From the NCBI GenBank assembly GCA_013265495.1, contig MU058289.1, positions 2,105,451 through 2,167,450 on the forward strand: a stretch of 62,000 nucleotides of DNA, read 5' to 3'. Under the pieces are notes generated by a model. That model did no database searches, was not told where the DNA came from, and saw nothing but the letters and a program-made list of their open reading frames with translations. Every line of letters starts with the position of its first letter. Positions within the stretch are counted from its first letter, which is position 1. This DNA is from Vicugna vicugna (lineage: Eukaryota). A program made the position numbers and the translations under genes. Shown here in pieces: positions 1 to 12,290 of this stretch.

Positions 1-1447
1 CCATTGGTGCTTTGGGCTATTTATCCGGCAATGATATGGAGGCAGGGCGAGCTGAAGAAATGAAAATGATGTATTCTCCTGTGTAAACTGCAAAGAAAAA
101 CCATGAAACGAGAAACTCACACTTGTGCTGAAATGAAAATTGCTCCATTCTACACTTTTTGATTGTAATATTAAGGACAAGTTTGTTCAAGTCGAACTTT
201 CCAAGGTTTTATTTGGGGGAGCTGCTGGCACCCCAAGTTGGTATCCACAAGACTATGTGTTTTAGGAGTTTGTGTATATCTCCCAGCACCTTAACCCTGA
301 CCTGTTCTGAGAATAAGACTGGGTGAGATGCCAGGTCCCCAACCCTCCCCTCCTGCCTGCAGAAACCCGAAGGGACAAGATGGCCAGAGAGTGGGCATGA
401 GGCTTGGGTTCTGCAAGTGACTGCACTGCCCACCAAAGGCTTTGGCTGTGCAGGGAGTGAAGCCCGGATGCCGTGTCAGTCCAAAGTGATGTCCAAGAGT
501 AGGGGTGTTGGCAACAACTTGGGGCAGCAGTGTGAGGTGTGTCCTGGCTGTGTGCTTGGCCACCAGTGTGCCTGGCTCCTGCCAGTTTTCTGAGCCTGCC
601 TTGCCTTCAAATGTGCCACCGGACATTCCCCAACACATCCTCCTCTGCTGGAGATGGCCAGACTCGGGCTGTTTGCTACAAAGAACCCTGATGAGCATGG
701 GGCTCAAAATGGGAAGAGACCACAAGCAGCCTTGTCAGTCACACGGGAGAGTGGTGAAGGGGCCGCAGGAAGGGAGATGTGGGGGTGGAAATGGCAGGAG
801 GCGGGGGACTACAAGGCACTGAGGAGAAAGAGCAGACAGGTGTGATGGTCAGGAGAGCAAGGAGTCACAGGTGACCCCAGTCTTGCAGGTAGCATGGACA
901 GGTTAGGTGGCTACTGGGGACATAGTCTATGGACTGAAAACATCCTCCTTAAAATGACGCCGATGAGAGGGGCAGTTGTGAATGTCAACAGGAATGTCAG
1001 AGACATTCATTATCTTGGAGCTGCGCAGAGGGAGAGCCCATGCCTCGGGTCACAAGCCACAGAACCCAGTTTCCCTGCTCTGGGACTGTACCCTTACGCT
1101 TCGGAATTTCATTCATTTTATCAAGATCTTGAAATGTGGTAATAAAGTTACACCAATGAATAGCCCAGTACAACACGGGAAATGCAATAAAGGTGAAAGC
1201 AATAAAAGGTGGAGGGACCAGCCACTCGACACTGATACGACTCCTAAGAAATGAAAGTAATTATCACCTGCCCATCGTGGCTGGTCCACTCCGCGTGCAC
1301 GGAGGAAAACCGTTTCAGAACTTTATTTCCTATATCGGATGTCGATAACTGGATGTATTTATAAGTCTGTCTAGAAGAAAACAGCTTGTGATTTCAAGAT
1401 GAGAAAACAGTCTTCCGAACAGTGAAAAACAATATATTCCCCATTTT

Positions 1448-1490
1448 CACACACATACACACACAAATGCACACACGCACACACACACAC
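1448..1490. repeat. Imperfect (CA)n microsatellite
   Basis: cacacacatacacacacaaatgcacacacgcacacacacacac. Confidence 0.85.
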
Positions 1491-3859
1491 AAAGAGCTTG
1501 TTTCCTTCGATGTTTTTAAGGCGCTATTGGAATGATTTGCCTTTCCGAAGCCACCGTTCCATTTCTCATCTTGAATTGCCTCATAGACCCTGGCAAAGCA
1601 CTCAGCGGGGACCACTTCATCTGAAGCAGTGACGGGGCTTCCTAGGGAAGGGGCCCCCCCACCCCTCCCCTGGCTGCTGCTTGCTTCTTTTTGCGGGAAG
1701 ATGGATACCCAGGTGGGCCAGGTGGGGTGATGAAGGGCAGGAGGAAGGTGGCGTGGTGTGGGGGCTCCTCTGGGGGGCTGACGGATGCTGGTGACAGCTG
1801 TGGCACAGAGCTGGAGGAATGAGCAGGCCAGGCTGGCCCCTGGAGTGGGAGAGCCACGGCTGCCACTGCTGCTGATGTTGCAAAGGCTGAGGGCTGGGAT
1901 CTGCCAGAACCGTGATGGAGAGGCGGCCTCCTGGGCATTTCATTCCGTCACGCTCCTTCCTTCCCTGCTCGAGATGAGGTTGGATTGGAATATGACACCC
2001 CTGCCTCCCATCTCACACCCACACACACCCATACCCCGCTCTTCTTTCTGCTCAGTCTACTTGGTGCTGGTTTTCTGAGCCTAGTCTTCTGGTCTCAGCA
2101 AAAGCAAATGATCACAAAACCCCCACATAATGCCCCCTGGGGGGTTTCACCCCCTGAGGCTGGTGCCCCGTGCAGTTGGCACAGAGCCGCTTGCCAGCTC
2201 TTTCTAGTTCTCTCCTCCAAGCCTCCCGAGCTCCTTCCTCCTGGCAAGGGCTCAGACTGTACTGCTCTCCTGCTGAGGATCCTTCAGTGACGCCCCACTC
2301 ATCACATACTCCCTCTTCTCTTGGCCCTCCCAAATGGTGGGCTCCTTGGGGATGGGGCTAAGGGCCCCTTTTCCTCCTCTGCTCCAGGACAGGGCGGGGT
2401 CTGGGCCCCATCCCCTCACAGTGTGACACAGTGATACCATGGGACAGCTTGTTAGCAAAGGCAGACCTGGTGCCAGGTCACCTCCAATGTGGTCCCACAG
2501 AGCCTTCTGGCCGACCAGTGTCCTCAGTATGCAGCAGGAGATAGACGGAGCCCGTGTCCTGGCTCTTCCAGGGATGCCCCTGCAAGGCCTCAAGTCAGAG
2601 TCTGGCTAGTCGCCACCTCTGGGCCTGCCATCTCCAGGCAGCCAGCTGTCAGCAGAGTCCATGGAGCTGCAATACCGTGGTGACTGGATCGGGCAGAGTG
2701 GGCCGAGCAGGGAAACCTGGCAGGACACAGAGTCACAAGGACAAAGGGAGCCTTGGGGGCTTTGAGGAGAAGGCTTCCCACGACCAAGTTTCTTTTGTGG
2801 ATCTCTGACCGGAGCAGGGCACTTCTGGGGAGACGTGATGCTCTGGTTACTGGGCTGGCTGAGCACAAACACTTCTCAGCCACATGTAGGTCACTACGAG
2901 AGGAGACTGTTTCAGCCAAGGGTCCGTGACCTCGAGGGGACGCCGCGTGAGGCCCGAGTGTGCTGGCTGGAGCTCTCCCTTGCTGATTTATACACTCTCA
3001 TTCCAACTCTCTAAAATCAATCTTTCCCCAATTGCTTCCTGGCTCCTGGCAGCGCTCAGGGTCGGCCCTGCATGAGTAACTATGCAATCTTCTCCCACTC
3101 CTAGGGCTGCTTCTCCTGGAGCCCCTGCCAGAGCCCTGATGAGAAGGGGTGGGAGTGGAGGCAGCCCTGCCAAAGTCTCTGATGGGAGGGGTGAGCAGTG
3201 GCAGCCAGCCCTCTGTGCCAGGCTCACCTAACATGGGCAGGGCAGGCCTACTGTCCAGACAGGCCTGAGTGGGCAGGAGGTGTGGGCAGGGCCTCCCCAG
3301 CACTGCTCACAAACAAAGGTTCTCCATGCATTTGGCAGATGCCCTCCCTCTATTATTTTGTGAATGTTTAGGTTAATTACTTCTTTTTCATATTAATAAA
3401 CACTCAGAGCTGGATTAATTTTGACTTATTTCCCGTCAAAAGAAAGGGTAGAGGGGCTGTGATTATCTCCAGGGCAGGTTTTCCTTCCGCAAAGTAGCAT
3501 GAAAAGATCATTTTACTCACCCTTTTTATTTTTAAAAATTGTCTCTTATTAGAGAATCAAGTCTCTTTAGCTGAAGGTGGAGAAACTGTTTAATGGGAAG
3601 AGGGGGTCCAAGTCCTCAGGACAATGGGCTGGCCAGTAGGATGTGGGGCCTGGGCCTCTGTTCTGCTCACTGGAAACTGACAAGAGGGCTGATCCATCCT
3701 CTCTGGGGTCCTGCCTGGAGGAAGTGGGAAGGGGGAGGAAGGTTCGAGGTCCTCTCTTCCTCAGCCTTCTCTGGGTAAGGGAAGTGAGAAGGGCTGCCAC
3801 TTTCCTCCTTACAGCTCTGGCCATTTTAGCTGTGCCACAGGCTGGAGATGCCTGGATAT

Positions 3860-3965
3860 TTGCTCGTGAAATCCTGCAGCAGCCCCACGAGGTGAGTACC
3901 ATTAGCTTCCACCTGACAGATGACGAAACCAGGGATGATGCTGGGACTCAAGCAGGCACAGTGTG
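3860..3965 (-). mobile_element. MIR SINE fragment
   Basis: cacctgacagatgacgaaaccagg resembles the reverse complement of the MIR core; highly diverged. Confidence 0.45.
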
Positions 3966-4339
3966 TTATCCATCCTGTTTATGCTCTGTCTTGATTCCTC
4001 TCCCTATTTAAGGGGCCTGCTCTGTTCCCAGCTTTACGGGGTCAAAAAGCAGCTGTTTTGTCATCTTGCAGTCCCTGACGCTTCCTAGCTCAGTCATGGT
4101 GACCCACATACTTGTCCTGACAAAGAAACAAGCTCTTCAAGCAGAAGTTACTTCCAGCTGTGGGATAGCTGGACACTGGGGTCAGGGGCTCCATGGGCAC
4201 AGCCCACCTCCTGTCCACACACATCTGCATACCCTCGTGGGGCCTAAGACTCCAGAGGTATCCCCTCCTACCAGCCCTGGGACTCCTTCCTTTAGAGAGC
4301 CAGTGTGAGTCACCCCAGAGCCACTACTGCACAAGCTCA

Positions 4340-4530
4340 GCCCCTATGTGAGCTCAGGCGAGTTACCCACCTCTCTGGGCCTCAGTTTCCTCATCTGTAA
4401 AATGGCATTAAGGATAGAGCCTACTTCACAGGGCTGTTGTGAGGATTCAAAGAAGTAACATTTGCAAAGCATCAGGACACAATTACTGCTCCGTACTTGT
4501 TGGCAGTAGTGGTTAGTACTACTATTACTC
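4340..4530 (+). mobile_element. MIR SINE
   Basis: MIR core ctctgggcctcagtttcctcatctgtaaaatgg...cacagggctgttgtgaggatt. Confidence 0.85.
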
Positions 4531-5164
4531 TAAGGCACGTACAGCACAGGGAGCTCCCCTGGAACATCTACTTCCCATCCCCCACCCTGTCCCCTCCCCA
4601 ACTCCCTGGAGGACCCTGCATCCAACACGAGTGCACAGAAGGGCAGAGATTCTGGTAGATTCTCCCTCCTCAACTGTGCCCTCCATGTGCCTATGCCTTC
4701 CCAGCCCTCCTCACTGGCCTCCCTGCCTCCAGGTCCCTCTTCATTCTGCAGTTGAGGGAGCTTGGAAAGGTCCTACCAGAACTAACTCCCCAGTGCCATA
4801 TTTAAGGCGCTGCGAGATCTGACCCTTGCTTACCCCTGAGGCTGCACCTCTCACTCCCACACCCCTCTCCTGGACACTGAACTTTTAGGCTACTCCAATT
4901 GCCTCGGCTTTTGCTCAAGCCATTTCCCTTCTTCAGCAAAAGCTGTCACCTCTGCCCGCGCCTTGGTGTCCTTCCCTCTGGGCGGGCTGGGAAGGTAGGG
5001 CTGAATCAAGGCATCTACTGCCTCAGGACGTTCCTTCCTATTTTGGAAAGGCCTCTGCCCCAGCCGCGCTCCTCGCCTGCTGCCAGACGCCGTCGAATAA
5101 ACAGATTCTCCTCCTTGTCCCGGACTAAGCCCCTCCTGGCCCCGCGGAGCCCAGCGTTGGAAGA

Positions 5165-5205
5165 GGCGGGGCGGGGGCTTAAGGCCCCGCCCAGGCCCCG
5201 CCCCG
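5165..5205. promoter_or_regulatory. Cluster of Sp/KLF GC boxes
   Basis: GGCGGGGCGGGGG followed by two GGCCCCGCCC, 65-105 nt upstream of the ATG. Confidence 0.75.
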
Positions 5206-5227
5206 CGAAGTGGGACTCGGGTGGAAC

Positions 5228-5255
5228 TCAGCTGACGCCGCACTTCACGTGACGC
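5228..5255. promoter_or_regulatory. Two E-boxes: TCAGCTGA and TCACGTGA (USF/MiT-TFE, CLEAR-like)
   Basis: TCAGCTGACGC at 5228-5238 and TCACGTGACGC at 5245-5255. Confidence 0.6.
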
Positions 5256-5270
5256 TGGAGCTGGGCAAGC

Positions 5271-5287
5271 ATGGCGGCGGCCGCCGG
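5271..5287 (+). CDS. PEPD: PEPD exon 1 coding part (MAAAAG, phase 2)
   Basis: GCAAGC ATG GCG GCG GCC GCC GG|gtgagt: strong Kozak context (A at -3, G at +4) and a consensus donor, inside a CpG island. Confidence 0.93.
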
Positions 5288-5759
5288 GTGAGTGCTGCTG
5301 CTGTCCCCAGCCTTTGCCCCGCTGTGCGCTCCGGGGGCCTGGGCCACCAGGCTGCACAGTGGGTGAGGGCCCCGCCGCCGGGCGCGCCGTGTGGCCGCGG
5401 GCAGCGCGCTTCTTCTCGCGGGTCTGGCGTCCGAGCGCGGGGCGGCCGGCTGCGCGTGCGAGTCAGCCCCCCGGCTTGCTGCCCACTGCCCTCGGTGACC
5501 CCGTGGCCCTCAGGCCCCACCCGCGCGTGTGGCGTCCCCACTCCGCGGCCGAGGTGGGGGCTCGGGTCCACACGCGCGGTCACGGCCACATCCCTCAGGT
5601 GGGAAGGCGGTGTTGCAGGACCCTAGCTCTCCCTGGAGGAGGCAGTGTTAGAGATGGGCTTGGAATCCCCTCCCCATCGGGGCACTTCCCCACTCCCTTC
5701 AGGGACCAGATGTTACCTCCTCAGAGAAACTTTACGTAAGCAGCTCTCCCACTCTTTGT

Positions 5760-5950
5760 AGCCCTTGTCACCACCTGGTAAGCTATATAGTACATTAATT
5801 AACAACAAAAAGTACTTGTTTCTTGTCTTCTCTCCATTTAGAGTGTGAGGTCAAGGCCTTTGTTTGGTTCGCTCCTGAGCCTTGTTAGCATAGTGCTTTG
5901 CACACAGTAGATGCTTCATAAATTCTGCTGAATGAGAGAATGGGTGAGTG
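5760..5950 (+). mobile_element. L2 LINE 3' end
   Basis: agcatagtgctttgcacacagtagatgcttcataaattctgctgaatgag matches the recalled L2 3' terminus. Confidence 0.7.
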
Positions 5951-8718
5951 CTCCTAGTGGGAGGAAGTGTGGACAGATAGGCTCACTGAAGCGCTGGGGA
6001 GAGTCCCAGATGAGGGAACATCCTAGCAAAGGTTGAGAGTTCAGAGTGTTCCGGGGACAGGGACAGGGGAGTGCATCCCTGTGCTGGAGGGTGTGGTGTC
6101 CCAGCTGGCTTTTCCAGACTTTTCCCTAAGGGACTGAGACTTCCAAGGATTTTAATCTGCTCACATCTGCCTTTTAGGTGATTGCCCCCTGGGCTATATG
6201 TGAGTTCAGGTCAAGGCCCAATTATGGGGACAGCATGTGAGCTTGATGTTGCTGGGGGCTGGGAAGGGTAGTGATAGAGGGAGGGCACTGCCCCGGATGC
6301 CAGGCTGAAACTGAGATCAGATGGGATAACCGGTAAACTAAATACATCTCTCTTTTAGGGAGGTAGGGAGAATGGCAACAGAAAATGGCCCCCTCAGTTG
6401 GCCTGCAAGTTTGAAATAGCTTAGGACATACAAATCAGATATTTAGTGGGCACCTGCTATATTCCAGAAACAGTACTGGGCCTACACTTAGGTGTTCACT
6501 GGCCCCTGGGGCAGATGTCATCCATCTGTCTGCCTCTGGTATTGGTGTGTGCCATAGAAGGGCATGGATTCTGAGCTCAGGGGAGAATGCAAGGAGGCTT
6601 CACTTCCTGGATGACATCTGTGCTAGTCTTTGAGCACCCCTCAGGCAGAGAACTGTGCTTGCAAAGTCCCAGATGAGTGTCAAGGAACCCAGTGTCAGAC
6701 CCTTGAACCTAGCCTGTGACCATGTCTTAAAGAACAGAGTGGGCAGTAGATGTAGGCCAGAGCCCAGAAGTGGGTCTGTTACCCCTATATCTAGCTGCCA
6801 GGTGGTCACAGGGAGTTCTAGGGGCTGCGTTTAGGTTCAGGGCTCCATGCTAGCTTGAGATCTGCTGCTCTCCTGAAGGTACAGGGGAGCCAGGATGGTG
6901 ATTGGTTGGGGGTGAGCCTGGAGTTGGTTGAATCCTGGGAGGAGGGCTCTTATAGCAAAGCAGATTCTCTGGGCCACGGGGCGGTACAGCTGAGTGACTG
7001 AGGTCTTAGAGGTGTGCGTAATTGGAAGGGAGACCTGACAGGTACAGGTAGCTTCCAAAGCTTGACAGGGCCTCCTTGGCAAGAGCCATCCCAGGCTGGT
7101 ACGAGCTGCCCTGCTGCACACTTTGAGCCCGAGGTCAAGCCCAGCAGCTTCTTTAAGAGGAAGACGTTTTAAAGGTGCCTCCGGCAAAGCTTGGTGCCCA
7201 GCTGCACACACAGGACAGATCAGAGTGTTAGGCGTAGTGAGGCGTCGCACCATGAAGTCAAGGCCACGGGCTCCCTGGGAGTGGGATTTGGTTGCCTGGG
7301 CCAGGGGAGGCCGGGAGAGGCCGGGGAGGCTGGAGTGTGCTCCCTGTGATTCGGGGAGCAGTGGAAGCCCTAAGCTAGCATCTCAGATTCAGTTAGAAAT
7401 TTGAGATGCTCCTTTGGGGTGTGTTTCAGGGTTGATCTTGCTCTGTCTTGCCAGCCTGGGCGGGGACTTCAAGTTTGAGTCAGAGGGTCCCTCAGTCCCC
7501 AGAGGGCCTGCTGTGAGATCACCTCCATGCGTCCACCCCCCATCCCATAGCACTTGGTGGGAGGGAACCCTGCCTTCTCCTTCAGTCGTGCTTTGAGCTT
7601 TCCATGGACAGATTAGAGACTTCTCTGCTGTAGCCAGACCTGCTGCACCTGCCCCCCTCCTTTCTCTCCTCCCTTTGTCCACTCATCTGCTGGCCCAGAG
7701 TGCCCTCATCCTCTGATCTGTTGTTCATAAACTTGCAGACCCAGGCTGGATGATTCCTCCTTCTCGAAACCTTTCCTGACACCCCCTCTCCCCTTCTGAC
7801 CTCCAGTAAAGGCTTCCTGCTCTGAACTCCAGAGAATCCCAGTTTTTCCCACTGGCAGCATATGCTTTTCTACATCTGCACGCCTGCCTATCATGGTTGG
7901 GTGAGGGGGTGCTTCCCTTCATGCCTCTGCCAGCATCCTTGGAACCCAGGGACCAGTTCAGTCTGTATCTCCAGGGCCATGTGTCTGCTCTGTGACTGGT
8001 GCTGGATGACACACTGCCAAATGAATAAAAGGAGGATTTACTGTAAATTAGTCCAATGTACCATCCGGCTTTCCAGAGAGGCTCTCAGTGATTGAGGAAA
8101 GGAGTTGTGGGCGGGAGTGGGAACAGAACTCTGAACAGGATGAAGAAATATCTTTAATTCTTTAACTGAGCGACTCCCAGGGAGCTGCTGCCCAGAGGGC
8201 CTTTGCCCAGCGAGAAACAGCACGTGAGCTGCCCTGGGTGTGTACCTGTGGTCGCGCTGGAGTCAGCATTTCTGGAGAGAAGGTATCTGGAGGAGTCAAG
8301 TTCTGGGTCAGAGTCCATCCCCACCCTGATATGAACCTTGTGCTCTTGGAGAAGAGGCATCAGACTGACCTTGGGGGCTGGGGGTGGGGGGAGTCTGTGG
8401 GAGACAGGCAGGCCAGCCACTGAGCCCTCCTTTGCCCTCCCAGCCCTTCCCCAGGCTTGGTCTGACTCCACACAGGTCTCTGTGTACTTAGCCCATCTGA
8501 CCCTCCTAGGAGGGAGGGAGGCAGGGTGGGAGATGCCGACCAGCTGCCATGAGGCCATGAGGCCCCACCAGCCAAGGTAAGAGGGCTTTTGCCAAAGGCC
8601 TCGGTGCCTGGCCTGAGATGGAGGCTGAGGCTGGGGAAGCAGGCGGGTCCTTGACTGGCCTCTCTTGCTGGGAGCTTATCTGCATGGCCTCACCCAGAAG
8701 TGGTGTTACATTCTAGTG

Positions 8719-9225
8719 CAGGGATCATGTCCTCATCTGTGCTGTGGACGCCAAGGGCATTAGTGAGACCTTGGCATCCTTCTCAGCATGATGTTTTTAA
8801 ATAATGTGAAATAAAATACAGAGGATTATAAGGAAAACCAATTACATTGAAATATGATTATAAAGATGTTAAGAAATAAATTTGTGGTATGGTAATATGT
8901 GCTTCTTTATTAACATGTTGAGTAATAAAAGCAGCAGTTCTAAAAACCACCTTAATTTTGAAGTAGTGATGAGTAAAAGTGGTGTTTTGACAGACTATGA
9001 CATCGATAACACAACTTGAAAACACCTCTGATTTCTGTGGGTGACAGATTCACACACTGCTGATATTGGGGTTAGCTGTTTACATTAAAAATTGAAGAAA
9101 ATGTTAATTTGAAGGAGAGGTTAGAGAAAATAAAGATATAATTTGCTTTCCCATCCAAGTAAATGGAATCCCTAAATTCCTTGCTTGAATCCCCAAGGAT
9201 CCATGGGCCTTGGGTGAGAAGCCTG
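8719..9225. mobile_element. hAT-Charlie non-autonomous DNA transposon (MER119/Charlie7-like)
   Basis: AT-rich block with aaggaaaaccaattacattgaaat, ttttgaagtagtgatgag and aaaataaagatataattt...cccatccaagt, bounded by CAGGG / CCTG-type ends; subfamily assigned from memory. Confidence 0.6.
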
Positions 9226-11449
9226 CAGGTGACCATTGAGGGTGAGGTGAGAGGTGGCTCAGTACTGATTTGGGGGCACAGGAACGGGTTGCAGGGGCAG
9301 CGGCATCCCCTTCCCTGGGGGCTGGTCACTGGCCGTTTCCTGGACTCGGGCTCAGGGGGTGGGCTGGCCCCTGGGGGCCAGAGCTTGTCCTGTGGGCCTC
9401 TGATGCTGTTGTCCACCAGCCCCTGCGGTCTTCCCCAGGCGTTGCCTGTGCCCCTGGCCGCCTGCAGTAAAGTGTGCCTTATTTATGCTGGGACCTGGCT
9501 TTTGCCTTTTAAATTCCGAATACCAGTTAGCAAGAGCTCCAGCAGAAACCAGTTGGAGATGTTTTATTAGTGCTGCTTTTGCTGAACTTGCAGGGAGAAG
9601 TCACTTGCCTTGGTTCTGGGCCCAGCATTTCTCTCTGGGGGTTTGGTTTATGCCATGAGAAATCGAAGGGCATGTCTCTATAAACCTTAATTCTAGGGTG
9701 CCCTGCAGTAAGGAATGACTGCAGCCATCGGCCTGCCTGGAGGCTCTGGCTGGGCTGCCCTTCTCTGTCCTGGCTGAGATCCATTAAGGGTTAGGAAGGA
9801 TTGTAGATTTCCCTTGCAGTAGCAGCTCACAGAGAGGGTGCTTTATCAAGTTTCCTGTCTTGACTTGTGCTGCCTGGCCCTTGGGCCAGAAGGCCCCTGT
9901 CCAGGTACCCTGAGGAATTTAGGTCTCTCAGAAGGTTCTGAGAGCCCAGCCCTTCTGAGAGCCTTCCAGGTGGGGCGGTGGATGGGGTCGGCAGTCCAGG
10001 TGGAGCTGGCACCTGCTGTGGCTAAGGAGTGGTGGGCGGGGCTCTGCCGGCTGGGGGCCCAGATGGCGTTTTCAGGCAGTTGTGCTGTTGAGTCTGCACG
10101 GATCTAGGCAACTTTGGCCAAGGCCATTGGCATCAGATGCTCCCTCTGTGCCACTGGGAATCTGTAGAGACCAGGTTCTTCCCTGTGCCCCCTCTCTCTG
10201 TGGGTTCTGCTGAGTGAGAGGAAAGAATCAGGGGACACGGGGAACACTGTGCAGGGGTGCTGGCACTGGCACTTTCAGTTCCTGCCAGCACAGCCAGCTG
10301 GGACGCAGGCATATTAGCGAGCTGTCACCTCTGCCCTTTCATCCTTGTTGCTGAGCATGGCAGGAAAGTGGCCCAGCTTGAGGAAGCTCTGGCCCCCCAG
10401 TGTCCACCCTTCCGGGAGGGTGAGCGAGAGCCCGTGCCCGGGGTGGAGGGCGGGAGGGCAGCTCTTGTCCCGTCAGCATGTGTGGGGTGGGCAAGACCCC
10501 TCCACCCTTCCTGGCCAGGCTGGCCCGAGGGTGCAGCTTCCTGCTCTGCTGGGGCTGTTGGGGCAGCTTCTGATCTGCACAGCTGTGTGTGTCCCCACGC
10601 TGTGACAGTTGTTCACTCAGCAGATACTTACTGAGCACTTGCCGCGTGCCCAGCACAGAGCAGGCATGGGTCTCTGTGTTCACGGGGTTTGCATTCTAGT
10701 TGTCGGAGGCCAACCTCACCAGCGAGCACCAGCACACAAGTATGTTGGCAAGTGAATGTGTCATTTCAGCAGAGAATTGGACGAGTCTCACTTCAAGGAG
10801 GAGACAGAGGAGAGTGTACTGCAGGGTCAGTTTGCAGAGCTGTGGGCAGGTTGGGGTCAGGGAACAACTGCTTTTGTAGTTCCAGTTTCCCCAGGGAGGG
10901 AGCTGGGGATGGATTCTCTGTCCTGCCTCGTCTCCCACTCTCCAGCCTCGCAGTGGCTAAGTCCTCCTGAAGCTAATGAAGTCCTCGTAGGCCAGGCCTG
11001 GGCAGAGTAGGGAGGGTGGGACTGAGAGCACAAGTGGAGGACACAGCCCAGTGCGAAGTGGGGGACAGGCCGGGGAGAGCGCTGCAGGGTTAAAGCAGGA
11101 AGCCAGGGAAAGCCATCCTGAGAAAGTGGCATCAAGCCAAGATGTGCAGGAGGTGTCACCTGCCTCTGAGGGTTCCACTGCCAGGTGAATGCGGGAGGTG
11201 CCCCCGGGCCGGGAGGGAGGGTCCATCTGCCTGGCTCTCACCACAGTCGCAGGCACGGCTCCCTCTCTGGAACCAGCTCTGGGCTGCCCCTGCCCTCCTC
11301 CACCTCCACGCCCGCCTGATCCCCGCTGGCCAGAGCCTGGAGGGCCTCCTTCAGCCCACACCACACACACCTGCCTAGCTCCCGTGCCCTGGCTCTGACC
11401 TTGCTAGCCCCCAGCCCCCTCGTGGGGACCACACTTCCTCCATGTAGTC

Positions 11450-12290
11450 GTTCATCCAGCCCCCTTTAGGTGCCGAGACCCTCACAGAGCTTACATTCTA
11501 CCTGGGGAGACAAGCAAGTGAATATATACTGTTAGGCAGCGCGCTCTAGAGAGGAGGGAAGGGAGTGGTGGGGAGGTTTGGATGGGGTTGTTGGAAAAGC
11601 TTCTGGGAAGAGAGGGCATTCCTGCAGAGGCCTGGGTGAAGTGAGAACAGAGCCTGGTAGGCCCTGGGAGAGAGTGTTCCTCACAGGGAACAGCAGCTGG
11701 GAAGGCCCCGAGTGGGAGTGTCCTTGGCGATTAGGGAAGAGCCGGAATGCCTCCTAGCTGGGAGGAGGTCTGCACTGTGTTCCAAGGGCCCTCGAAAGTG
11801 GGGAGGGGTTGAGCAGGGGAGCACCTGCTGGGACTTGCATCTTTTAAGGGTCCCTCTGTGCGGGTGCAGACCAGGCTGTGGGGGAAGCTGGGACTGAGAG
11901 CCGCTGAGAGTTCCTGTAGTTAGTTGTCCGGGGGCCCAAAGTTGGAGATGGGCACCAGCATGGAGGTGAGCTGAGGAGGGAGGGAGACTGAGGATGGAGG
12001 GGCCTGGAGGGGCTGGTGCTAGGCAGGGGTTCAGTAGAGAGCATAGCCTCGAATGTCCTGGGCACTGAGGCCCCCTGAAGACTGGGCACCTACCTGCAGA
12101 TCCAGGAGCCTGGGGTCACTGTGGCCTGGCAGGGGCTGCAGTGCGGGAGTGGGTGGGCTGAAGTCAGTTTGGGTGGTTGGAGGAGAGCATGGGCGGCCAG
12201 GACATGGATACGGGCCTGGGTGACTCTTCAGAGGAAATTTATTGCAAAAGGAAAGAGAAATAGACTGCTGGAGGCATGAGAATCAAGGGA
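11450..12290 (-). mobile_element. Degenerate L2 LINE
   Basis: ccctcacagagcttacattcta...gagtgttcctcacagggaacagc and a purine-rich continuation typical of antisense L2. Confidence 0.6.

Larger units (their letters stand above)
5060..5600. promoter_or_regulatory. CpG island / TATA-less housekeeping promoter of PEPD
   Basis: Sharp local rise in CpG and GC content spanning the ATG and the start of intron 1; no TATA box seen. Confidence 0.88.
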
